NCBI GenBank assembly: GCA_964019335.1 | Contig: OZ025672.1 | Span: 372,001 to 436,000 of the forward strand | From: Diplonema japonicum | Lineage: Eukaryota > Protista > Euglenozoa: Diplonemea | Reading direction: 5' to 3' | Length of the DNA stretch: 64,000 nucleotides | In this document: piece after piece, positions 21,388 to 32,295 of the stretch | How the letters are laid out: each line of letters opens with the position of its first letter | How positions within the stretch are numbered: position 1 is the stretch's first letter | Made by a program: the position numbers and the translations under genes | Notes under the pieces: generated by a model | The model's database searches: none | What the model saw: the letters and a program-made list of their open reading frames with translations, nothing else | Told to the model about the DNA's origin: nothing

Positions 21388-24300
21388 TCAGCGCTGTTGC
21401 CGCGTTTTGGACTTGCGTCGTGCTATTTGGCATATGACACTGGACCATGTGTTAGTTGGGTGGGTGATCTTATGGAAACCAGGCTTGCCTTTCAGTGGGA
21501 GGAGGGAGACAGCACGGTGCACCCATTCCTTGGGGTTCATCTCGCGTTGGCTTTGGACGGCACGAGAGACCTCAGACACGGTGCGGACAGTGGACTGCTC
21601 CTTGAGGAGAGAATTGATCTGTTCGCTGAGCGCTGCGTTGGTGTCACTGGATACCTGGAGGGCGGTATTGCTTTCCTCGTCGACGGTGAAGGAGGGCAGG
21701 TTCTTGATATTGGGAAGGGCTTCCGGGGCCGCCGCCTTCGTCACTGAAACCTGCACTGCCGCTTTCTTTTTCATCAAGCATTTATTAACAAGCGGAAGAG
21801 GCGCTAATCTGTACCCCCCACTCTTGGTCGGATAGAACACATTTGCTGACTTTGCACCGCATCGCGAAGGTGACGCCGCTTCATGCTTCGCATTTGTCCT
21901 TATATGCACTGATTGTTTTTTGGGTGATACGATTACCTCAACCGACTGGCTGCCCCGGCTTCTGCTGGCCCTCGTTTTGTTTTTCTTCCGCTTCACACTC
22001 TCACAGTGCTTCTTGGTCGGCAACGACCCAACAACCCCCATCGCTGACCATGTTGCATCGTTTTGCAATGACCACATCGCAGGCTGTCCGAAGCAGCCGA
22101 CCAACTTGCCGTCAAAAGTATGTAAGCGTGCATATAAATCAGTTCCACAGGATGCCACGAAACCGTCAGAGTTGCCCGACGGGCTGAGCAGGGTGAGTGT
22201 CAGCACTGCTCCAACATGGATGCGGAACACACTTCGGTCAGCCACCATTTTCTTTCGCACGGTGTTGGCAAACCTTGGGATGTCACCTGTCTTATACACA
22301 TAGCACACACCCCCGTCATCAGAGACGGCAAGCATGGAGGCTGTCTTGTTGGTCGCTATGTTCATGAAGCACCCCATTCCCTCCAGGTACACTTTGTGCG
22401 TGTACATGAGGTGCTGGGTTTTGATGCACCAGAAGTCGATGCGTGCACCCCCCGACACCGAGGCGATAACACCTTTCGGGATCAACCATGCCATGTCCTC
22501 AACATTTTTCTTCCCATCCAGCTTGTCGCTGTCTCCCAACAGGTCGTGCAGAGCATCGCAGTCAGAGTCCTCCGAGTCAGACGTCTCAGGTTCTGGCTCC
22601 GATACACCTGTGACAGCCGTGAGGAAGGTCACTGTATGAAGCACGTTGGTCATTAAAGATGGTGAAATGCCTGCACGTGAAAACACAGCCATCTCCGCGC
22701 CTGTGAAGAGGTTGTATTGCACAACAGCGCCTTCATGAGTGCCGACCATGACTGTGGGTGAGTTCAGGCGTTGGTTGCGACACAGGCTGGAGATCTGCCC
22801 ATATAAGCACCGGATCCTATGCGTCAGCTTTTCGTTCGTCTCGTCGCCATCAAGGAACACAAACAGCCATTCCTGTGAGCTTGCTACGATGTATCGTGTT
22901 GCCGGTTGCCCATCCGCCTTTGCGAAATGGACAACTTTGCTGACCTGGACCGTGTCGAGGAAGCTCCCTGCTTTGCCATCTGATTGAGGTAACCTCAGGC
23001 ATTTGATTTCCTGCCCGTTGGAGTAGTTGAACACGCGCACCACCCCCATGCTGTCCCCGAGTATGACGCGTCTCTCGAAGACATCAAAGCACGCACATGA
23101 CAGCACAGCCGACTCGTTCCCCTCACGTGTCTTCCCCTCGTAGGCAGGTATCTGGAACAGGAAATCCCTGTCACCGGTTTGAATGTTCCACACCTGTACT
23201 GTGCCCCCTACATCTACGGTGACCGTCTGATCAAAGTTCTCAGCAATGAGTACAGCGACTAAGGGGTCCGCGTGCCCTCGGTACTCCGGTGTGAAGTTCG
23301 GAATAGATCGCCTGATAGGCCACACGTGCACACAAGTGCTGGCGGCAACCAATCTCTGATTCTTGTTATCGTAGGTGAGAGACGTAAAACCCTTCGCCGG
23401 GTGGCTGTCCGAGTCGTCAAAAAAGGACTGGAACAGCTTCAAGGTTCTGAGGTCCCAAATTTTGATGCATTTGTCAGAGGACATAGAGATGATCTGGTTG
23501 TCGGTGGAGTTGAAGACAACACCAACCACGTTGGTGAGGTGCCCCGAGAGGGTGGCCACGGGGGAGTTGATGAAAGGGTTCCAGAGACTCACATCACGTT
23601 CGGGACCTGACGAGACCACGAGCTTCGATTCTTGGTTCCAATCGATGGAGTTGATGGCGTGCTTATGCCCTTCACCGATGTGCTGCGTGACTGAGCCACG
23701 CTCAAGATCGACAAGCTTCAGAGTACGGTCCCAAGAGGAAGTGAGGAGGCTAGTACCGCTGAGGTTGGAGAGGTGCATTATATTGGTGACGAGACCGGTG
23801 TGCGGGGCCATCTTCGTGACAGGGTTCAACGAGTTGCAGAATCCCCTCAGCAACGGGTAGCAATACACCTGCCCGCTGTTCAAACCTGTCAGAAGATGCT
23901 CCCTGTCGCCCAGCTGGATAGTCGCAAGCGACGACGTCGGTTCCTCCATTTGAAGCAGCGCAGTTGTTTCGACCTTCTGGTAGGGGCAGTGGTGAGGTAT
24001 CTCCCCGTCCTTTTTGAAGCCCGTTGTTATGGTGTGCGACTCGCCCTTCAGTTCATTATACATCTTGCGGCCGATGTATTTCTTGATAAGATTGCACCTC
24101 GGGTCATACACGTTAATGGTCTTATCGACAGTGGCAAGGTACATCGCACTACCACTCGCCCCGAAGCACATGTCGGTCACCATGACAGAGGACGCCTTGT
24201 TTGTAAGAGAAATGTTGTTGTTAATGCAATGCATGTGTTTTAAGGTGTGCGGGGACCAGATCTTGACCATGCCGTCATGAGATACTGACCAGTAGTGGGA

Positions 24301-24831
24301 GGTTCGCTCGTGGACAAGGACCTTGCAGACCTGTTGTTTGTGCAGGCGGGCAGTTCGGGTTTCGGGTTGTAATGTGTTTTGAACGTACTCACGGCTTCGA
24401 ACATTCTCAAGCGCTCCTTTGTGGTTGTACAGCAGATGTGAGGAGAATTCATTCCAGTCGACAGACCCATTGGCATTGGCGTCTATCCGCATGAACCACA
24501 CACGGAGGTCGTCCGTGCTCATGCTGTGTCCTAAGACGTTGCTGAAGGAGTGGATGAACTCCTTTTCCGATAGCTCTTCTTTCGGGTGGCTTTTGAAAAT
24601 CTTTTCAAGCTGCAGTAGTTGTTCCGGGTCGACTAGCTCGTCCGCCCGAATTGCTTCTTTAAGCCGATTCCTTACCTTCACTACGCTCCTTGCGGTGTCC
24701 CATTCCATCCCTGAGGCTCGGCGACCGTTGGGTGAAAGACAGTTCAGCGTCAGATTCTTTCCGCTTTGAGTGTTGGCTGGTTGACTGTAAGTTGATGACC
24801 GTCTGACGGGCAGCGGTTGTTCGCTGCTCAT
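21388..24831 (-). CDS. EF-hand + WD40 repeat protein (WDR49/EFCAB8-like, possibly ciliary)
   Basis: FMRIDANANGSVDWNEFSSHL EF-hand followed by many WD repeats (GH...SSDKCIKIWD). Confidence 0.85.
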   Translation of the reverse strand: MSSEQPLPVRRSSTYSQPANTQSGKNLTLNCLSPNGRRASGMEWDTARSVVKVRNRLKEAIRADELVDPEQLLQLEKIFKSHPKEELSEKEFIHSFSNVLGHSMSTDDLRVWFMRIDANANGSVDWNEFSSHLLYNHKGALENVRSREYVQNTLQPETRTARLHKQQVCKVLVHERTSHYWSVSHDGMVKIWSPHTLKHMHCINNNISLTNKASSVMVTDMCFGASGSAMYLATVDKTINVYDPRCNLIKKYIGRKMYNELKGESHTITTGFKKDGEIPHHCPYQKVETTALLQMEEPTSSLATIQLGDREHLLTGLNSGQVYCYPLLRGFCNSLNPVTKMAPHTGLVTNIMHLSNLSGTSLLTSSWDRTLKLVDLERGSVTQHIGEGHKHAINSIDWNQESKLVVSSGPERDVSLWNPFINSPVATLSGHLTNVVGVVFNSTDNQIISMSSDKCIKIWDLRTLKLFQSFFDDSDSHPAKGFTSLTYDNKNQRLVAASTCVHVWPIRRSIPNFTPEYRGHADPLVAVLIAENFDQTVTVDVGGTVQVWNIQTGDRDFLFQIPAYEGKTREGNESAVLSCACFDVFERRVILGDSMGVVRVFNYSNGQEIKCLRLPQSDGKAGSFLDTVQVSKVVHFAKADGQPATRYIVASSQEWLFVFLDGDETNEKLTHRIRCLYGQISSLCRNQRLNSPTVMVGTHEGAVVQYNLFTGAEMAVFSRAGISPSLMTNVLHTVTFLTAVTGVSEPEPETSDSEDSDCDALHDLLGDSDKLDGKKNVEDMAWLIPKGVIASVSGGARIDFWCIKTQHLMYTHKVYLEGMGCFMNIATNKTASMLAVSDDGGVCYVYKTGDIPRFANTVRKKMVADRSVFRIHVGAVLTLTLLSPSGNSDGFVASCGTDLYARLHTFDGKLVGCFGQPAMWSLQNDATWSAMGVVGSLPTKKHCESVKRKKNKTRASRSRGSQSVEVIVSPKKQSVHIRTNAKHEAASPSRCGAKSANVFYPTKSGGYRLAPLPLVNKCLMKKKAAVQVSVTKAAAPEALPNIKNLPSFTVDEESNTALQVSSDTNAALSEQINSLLKEQSTVRTVSEVSRAVQSQREMNPKEWVHRAVSLLPLKGKPGFHKITHPTNTWSSVICQIARRKSKTRQQR

Positions 24832-26113
24832 TTTTTCTTTTTTATTTCCCCTTTTTTTTTGATGTTGTTGTTAACAGTGCAGTAATTGTTGTTTAAAAAA
24901 AAAATAAGAAAAAAAAGAGTCGTTGCTTCGCAGTTGTGTGCGCACGCGGTACAGATCTATGAGATACGTACTGGGTGCTTACAAAGAACTGAGCAGTGTA
25001 AATACAAAAAAACAAAAAAAAAAAGAAAAGGTAAAAGAGAGAATGAAGAAAAATCCATAAAAGTCGTTTTTAACGTCAAAGTGGAATGAAAAAAAAAAGA
25101 AAAAAAAAAGAAAAAAAAAAAAGAAAAAAAAAAAAAAAAGAGACATTAAAAAAAAAAATGAAAAGACGCAAATAGAGCGGGAAACCGGTTGAACTTACTT
25201 CTTTTCTTCTCCCTCCTGTTTTTTCATCAAAAAGAAGTAGAAACATTGTGCCAATTATTTCCCTTTGGAAAGAACAAAATTGCTGTGTTGCTATCGGGGG
25301 GGGGGGGGGGGGGGCAAGAAGAACAAGCTTCTTAGCCACGCCGTGCAGTAGAGCATTAAAAAAAAAAAGGAAGACTCCTTTTTTTTCTTTCGGAATAAAA
25401 AAAAATAAAACAAAAATGAAGATAAATAGAGAAGAGGGATGGATTTTTCTTCTTTTTTTTTCTTCCTTCCTTCCTGTTCCTTTTCCCCCTCTTTTGCGAA
25501 ACAAGAGAGCTAAAGGAAAATTGGACAGTAACAATAGATGGGGAAAAAAAAGAAAAAAACAGAGAGAAAAATGACACGTGGGTGGACAATGAATCGAAAG
25601 AAGAAAAAAATTCAGCATTTTACCACCATAAGCAGGTGTGTATACATTGGTCCTGGAAGCTCTACGTGGAAGGCGGCGGGCTTTGCGGGGTTGCCCCATT
25701 CGTGCACACAGCTAGCTAGGAGAGGTGGCGCCACCCACCTGTCACTGTGTCGCATTCGGTAGTGCCGTTCTTTGGGATGATAGAGAAGGGAGGGAGACAA
25801 ATTTGACTCTATTTGTGTTTTCTCCCTCAAGAAAAAAAAGAAATTGAGGTTTCGAGCAAGATGAATGACTAGGCTTTTAGCGGGTATGCGGGTTTTGCTC
25901 ATGCCACATTTGTTCCGAAGTATATAACTTAAAATAAGTGCCCAATCTACATTAAGTGTCAGTCGATGCAAGACAAAGGTGCCTCACCCACGACGGTAGA
26001 TTGAAATCATTTATGCTCTTAAATCTTACTCTAATCTTAATCCAGTACGTTGGACAATATTAGTAAAGGAAGGTTGTAATGATTCAAAACAGTTCAGAAA
26101 CGGTACAGCCGTG

Positions 26114-29100
26114 CTAGATGCTGTGGAACTCAGCAGCATTTGTAGTGGACTTCAGCTGCTGCTCATTCAGCTCCTGCAGGGCGTTTGAGGACAATCCTGT
26201 TACTTCTTCCTTCCTCGCCTTCGCCCTGACGAGCATTGCGGCCGCGACGAGGCCCCCCACACAGAGAAGGCCCCCGAGAACACCTCCGATGATGGCTGCA
26301 AGGTTTGGGCTGTCGCTGTCGCTGTCGCTGGTCTTCTTCTTCTTCTTCTTCTCACCGTTGCTGCCTGCGTCGTAGCCCCCCTCGACCCACCACTCGTTCA
26401 TCGAGACAACCCCGTCAAGCTCCTTCCTCTCGTAGGCCCCGTACAGCTTCTCCTTTTTCTCCGACTGCACCTCCACACCAACAACCGCACCCTCGTTGAT
26501 CTCTGCCCCGAGCACCGCCCCTGCCCGCCCAGAGAGGTCGTACACATCGATGCACTTCGACGCAGCCCCGAAGGGATCCGCACAGTTTCCGAACGGGCAC
26601 TCGCTGGCGGGACACAGGTACTTCACCAGCACCTTTGCAGCAGAGTCCTCCAACCCGTCCTTCACCATCTGCTCGAAGGTCGCTCGGTTGAAGTTCGCCA
26701 CCCCGTTAGACAGCACGAAGGTCATCACCTCGCGTGCCTCGTCTGCCGCAGCTGAGGTCCCGAAGCACTTGTACTCCGAGGAAGGGTCGCACATCCCAGA
26801 CTGAGGAATGGACTTGCACTGGTCCCCGCCACCCTGCATCGAGCTGCAGTAGGAGTCTGCCTGCTGCCATGACGGGCAGTTGCAGCGAGGAGCTGTCCCT
26901 GTCGCCGCCCCGAGCCCACGGGGGTCACGGGGAGTCTTCCCAAGGTCCCTGCAAGACCATCCGTTTCCGGGGCAAGTGTCAAGGCACTGCGCGTACCACC
27001 CGCTCTGCTCGAAGCAGGTGAGAGATCCCTCACAGCAGTACGGCGAAGCCGTGCACGCACCACTCTTCTTGATCATCTTGCTGCAGAGTCCGTGTGTTGG
27101 GAGGGTTGGTGCAGGTGGTGGTGGACCCCCGTTCAGCACACTGCAGTCCCATCCATTTTCGCATTTCGTGAGGCACTGTGCGTACCATTCGTTGTTCTTG
27201 AAGCATTGTGTTCCAGAGGGGCAGCAGTCCGGGCTGTGGGAAAGAATACTTTATAAAATACAACAACATACTTGTTGAGGCACGCATCGTACATTTTGCA
27301 TTGCATCGAAGGTGCGACTGTTGCGGGCGGATCTGTCTTCATCACAGGTGCCATCGTGTCAGGTGCATCTGTCTTCATCACAACAGGTGTGCCCGTCACA
27401 GGTGCATCAGTTGCAGGAGAATTGCTTGTCTTCGGTGCCTCAGTTGTGGGTGCCACAGTGTCATCTCGTTTCGGGGCCTCCGTGGTTGGCGAGTTCGTAA
27501 TCGGTGAGTCCGTCTTCGGTGCATTGGTCGTTGGTGACTCCGTCTTCGGTGCTTCCGTTTTCGGGGAGTCTGTTTCAGGTGCTTCCGTTCTTGGAGTCAT
27601 TGTCTGACCGGCCTTCGTCGCGGGTGCGTCTGTTGCTGGTACATCGGTCTTCGGTGGCATGGTCTCTGGTGCATCAGTTGCAGGGGCTCCCGTCTTTGGT
27701 GCACCAGTGACAGGGGAAGCTGTGGAAGGAGCTCCTGTTTTTGGTGCATTGGTGGCCGGTGAGGTGGTGTCAGGGGCATTCGTCTTCGCAGGAGTGCTCC
27801 CACAGGTGGGTGCATTCGCCTTGATGTAGTTCTTCAAGAAGGTCCCAGAGCAGCTCGTGTCGTCCCAAGACCCACTTGAGCAGGCACCAGGGTTCAACGC
27901 CGCCGAAACCTCACTCTTGTCAGCATAGCTCCACTGGGCCCAACTGATCTTGATCCCAAGAGAGCCAGCACTGTTGAAGGTGTCCAAGAACTTCTTCGTC
28001 TCAGGGAGGTACGGCCCACCGTCACCGCTAGCCATCGAGGTACCCCATTCCGTCACAAAGATCGGGATTTGAGAGGAGTAAGTCTCAACATTCGCAAGGA
28101 GACTCTGGTGGGAACCGGCATAGAAGTGGAAGGTGTACATCACGTTCCTTGGTTGGTCCACAGGGTCAGCTGCTGCCTTGTCGATCTCCTGACTCCAGGT
28201 GGGGGTCCCACAAATGATGATGGTCTCGGTGTCGATGCGGCGGATGGCTGAGATGATCTTGTTGTGGTACGACTTCACAGCAGGCCACTGCACACCATTG
28301 GGCTCGTTGGCAATCTCGTACAGGACATGCTTCTCGTTCTTGTAAAGGGTTGCCATCTCCTCGAAGAAGGCCTGTGCCCCGCTGTAGGTCACATCGTTCG
28401 GGTTCCCAGGGCTCAGCATGTGCCAGTCGATTATGACATAGATCCCCAGCTCCTTGCACCACTGAACAATGTCCTTCACAGTCTGCTTCACACTGGGGTT
28501 CGAGGCATAGCCCCCTTCGCCAACGTACATCGCAGCACGGAACAGGTTGATACCCCAGTTCTCGGTGAGGTGCTGAATCGAAGCCTTTGTGTAGCAGTTC
28601 GGGAACCAGTGGAGCCCGTGGCTGCTCATCCCCATCAACTGCACTGCGTTCCCAGATTCGTCCACAAGTTGCAAATTAGAAGGACCGCCAAGAGTGAGCT
28701 TCCCGTGACAGTCGACGAAGTTCCTGTTGTTCTTTGCAGGGGGGTTCGATGGGACACCAGAGGGCATCGCACAGCTGCTGCCGCCACCACCACCACCCCC
28801 TTGCCAGTTGCAGGAGTTCTTGGTCGGGCAGCAGCACCTGCAGAAGCACTCGCTCCCGTCATCGGTCCCGCAGTTCGCCCCGTTGTTCGTCCACCCACAA
28901 TCACAGTTCGGTGATGACCCAGGACAGCTGCTCTGAGCAGGGGTATCAGTGACAGGAACAGGAGTCCTGGGTGGTGCATTGGTGGCCGGTGAGGTGGTGA
29001 GTCCAGGTACATTTGTGATGGGAGGAGTGCTCCCACAGGTGGGTGCATTCGCCTTGATGTAGTTCTTCAAGAAGGTCCCAGAGCAGCTCGTGTCGTCCCA

Positions 29101-30987
29101 AGACCCACTTGAGCAGGCACCAGGGTTCAAGGCCGCCGATCCTTCACTCTTGTCAGCATAGCTCCACTGGGCCCAACTGATCTTGATCCCAAGAGAGCCA
29201 GCACTGTTGAAGGTGTCCAAGAACTTCATCGACTCTGGAAGGAACGGCCCACCGTCACCGTCAGCAAACGAGGTACCCCATTCCGTCACAAAGATTGGGA
29301 TTTGAGAGGAGTAAGTCTCAACATTCGCAAGGAGACTCTGGTGGGAACCGGCATAGAAGTGGAAGGTGTACATCACGTTCTTTGGTTGGTCCACAGGGTC
29401 AGCTGCTGCCTTGTCGATCTCCTGACTCCAGGTGGGGGTCCCACAAATGATGATGGTCTCGGTGTCGATGCGGCGGATGGCTGAGATGATCTTGTTGTGG
29501 TACGACTTCACAGCAGGCCACTGCACACCATTGGGCTCGTTGGCAATCTCGTACAGGACATGCTTCTCGTTCTTGTAAAGGGTTGCCATCTCCTCGAAGA
29601 AGGCCTGTGCCCCGCTGTAGGTCGCGTCGTTCGGGTTCCCAGGGCTCAGCATGTGCCAGTCGACCATGACATAGATCCCCAGCTCCTTGCACCACTGAAC
29701 AATGTCCTTCACAGTCTGCTTCACACTGGGGTTCGAGGCATAGCCCCCTTCGCCAACGTACATCGCAGCACGGAACAGGTTGATACCCCAGTTCTCGGTG
29801 AGGTGCTGAATCGAAGCCTTTGTGTAGCAGTTCGGGAACCAGTGGAGCCCGTGGCTGCTCATCCCCATCAACTGCACTGCGTTCCCAGATTCGTCCACAA
29901 GTTGCAAATTAGAAGGACCGCCAAGAGTGAGCTTCCCGTGACAGTCGACGAAGTTCCTGTTGTTCTTTGCAGGGGGGTTCGATGGGACACCAGAGGGCAT
30001 CGCACAGCTGCTGCCGCCACCACCACTTCCACCACTTCCACCACCCCCTTGCCAGTTGCAGGAGTTCTTGGTCGGGCAGCAGCACCTGCAGAAGCACTCG
30101 CTCCCGTCATCAGCCCCACAGTTCGCCCCGTTGTTCGTCCACCCACAGTCACAACTCGAAGAGGCTCCAGGACAGGTTGTGCTGCCACCTGAGCTGGGGA
30201 CAGGAGCGGGACCAGACGGAGGGGGGAGATTCGGGGTGGGGGGAACAGGGGCTCCGTTCCCTGCAGGGTCCGGGAACTGGTCGTCATCCAACCTCCTCGA
30301 TCCACTTGCCGCCACAAGACTGTCGGGACACTTCACCCTCGTTGCTTGCGCAGCTGGGTTGTCGGCGTTCTTAAACCAACCGAAGCGGAAGTTGCACCCT
30401 GCCTGGAGCTCTGAGGGAAGGTTCCCGCACTCAGTAAGCGAGTTAACCCCACCGTACCTCTTGCCCCACTGTGCCTCGGTTGTGCTGCTGAACTGTCCGG
30501 GGCCGTTCACAGACTGCCCAGTGCACCCGTTGAAAATCCCGAAGCCGCCGCCAGGAATCTGCAAGTCGAAATGCACTGCCCCTAGGTCGTCCCCGCTGTT
30601 CACCACCTGCACAACCATCCGCTTCCCAGCCAGCACAGTCGACGAGTCGAACGCCAGCTCGTAGCACACGGAGCACTCCAGGTTCGCTGCTGCGTATCCG
30701 TACGCTACGTCGGCCGTCACCTCAAAAGGGAGCTGGTTGGTGCACATGTAGGCGGGCCCGCTGTTCGTCCCGCCCCCTGCGCAGATGTTCTTTGCATCCC
30801 CGTCCGAAAGCGGCACCCCGTCCAGCCCGCACGATTGCACAGGCGAGTCCACCCGCTTCACCCCGCCCTTGTTCGCGTTTGAGTCCCAAGCACACGAAGG
30901 CTTGCAGCAGTCCCAGTACCGCGTCGTCTGTGCAGGAACCGCAGCCACAGCCGTGAGCCCCAGAACCAGCAGGGCAACGACAGACAT
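26114..30987 (-). CDS. Membrane-anchored multidomain cellulase: signal peptide-GH45-Cys module-GH5-Cys module-GH5-Pro/Thr stalk-2x CBM1-like-TM; intron 27234-27271
   Basis: GH45 TTRYWDCCKPSCAW/HFDLQIPGGG; GH5 YEIANEP and IFVTEWG twice; a 38-nt GT-AG intron joins the two ORF-track fragments giving CCPSGTQCFKNNEWYAQCL; TM AAIIGGVLGGLLCVGGLVAAAMLV. Confidence 0.92.
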
Positions 30988-32295
30988 CTTGTCACTTCCC
31001 AATGTAAAAACTGAACGGTGGTAATAAAGTGTCATAATGAGACAATAAATAGAGCATCAAATTCAAACAAAAGAGGGCAAGTGGTACAACATAGAATAAT
31101 ACATCCCTAGTCTTCACTGACAACGTGAACATGTTGTGATAAGATGTTTGCAGGATGTCAGACCGGGGGTGTTTAATTGTGCCACATAAGAAAAGAGAAG
31201 GGGGAGAAAAAAAAAGAAAAGTTAGCAAAGAAAAAGGAAACGTGGCTTGCATTAGTGGGGAAACTGCAAGAATGTGACGCAACCCGACAGTCTTGTGAAG
31301 CTTCACACCAGAGCCTTCCCAAGTCACCTGTGGTCCCGTAGAAAGTAAAGTGTGGGAGGAAAATACATAAACCTCGATTATTTTTCAGTGGCAGGGAGGT
31401 AAAATAAAGAAAAGCAGAGAGAGAACATTGAAAGATTTTCTTTCGTTTTCTTTTTTCTTTTTTTTTGTTTTCTTCCTTTTTTTTTATTATGTCAAAAAAG
31501 AATGGGAAATTCATGTAAGTGAATACTGAGATTAGGTGCCGGCCACTATAGTAGGTGCCTACCAGCTATATATAAATTGGGGTATCTAGCTCGGGGGGAG
31601 GGTGTGAGGTGTCAAAAATAAAAGGAAAAAAAAGAAACAAACATAAAAATAGAGAAAGTTTTGTACAATATATTAATCAAAACACTCGTGGCTGCTGTTT
31701 TTTTTTTCTTTTTACACTTTCGCACTTTTTTTATTTTCTTTATTTTTTTTGTTGTGAAAGAATATAAAATAAAAGGGGGGGGGGGCGGGGTAAACGATAG
31801 TTTGAGATCAATACTTCGCTTTTCCCTTTTATTTTCTTTCTTTATTTTCTTTTCCGTTTTTTGGTGAAAGCAACAGCACAAGTAATATATTTGTTCTATT
31901 TCTCTGGTAGAAAACTTTTTTGAAGGGTGGGATGGAAATGGGTGATTTTGAAAATATCCAGCTTGCGGCCTCAATTAGGGAAATTGAGACCACCACCGAT
32001 ACAACACAACCCGGGGGATGGAAGGGAGGTCCCAGGAGTGCGAAAATTGAAACAATTATAATATTTTTCATGCTGGCCATCATTAAGTTGCTTTTCTACA
32101 AAGTGTCGTGTAGGCAGTGCAAGAACAAGTGAAGTGTCTCACATCACCAACGACATAGATCCTTATTTTTTCTTTCGTTTTTCTTTTTTCTTAAAGCAAC
32201 ACGGATGAAAAATTTTCGAGTACTGAAAATTCGATGCATAAAAATGTTAGAGAGGAACAAATACTAAATCATACGATGTACGTGGCAACCAGGTA

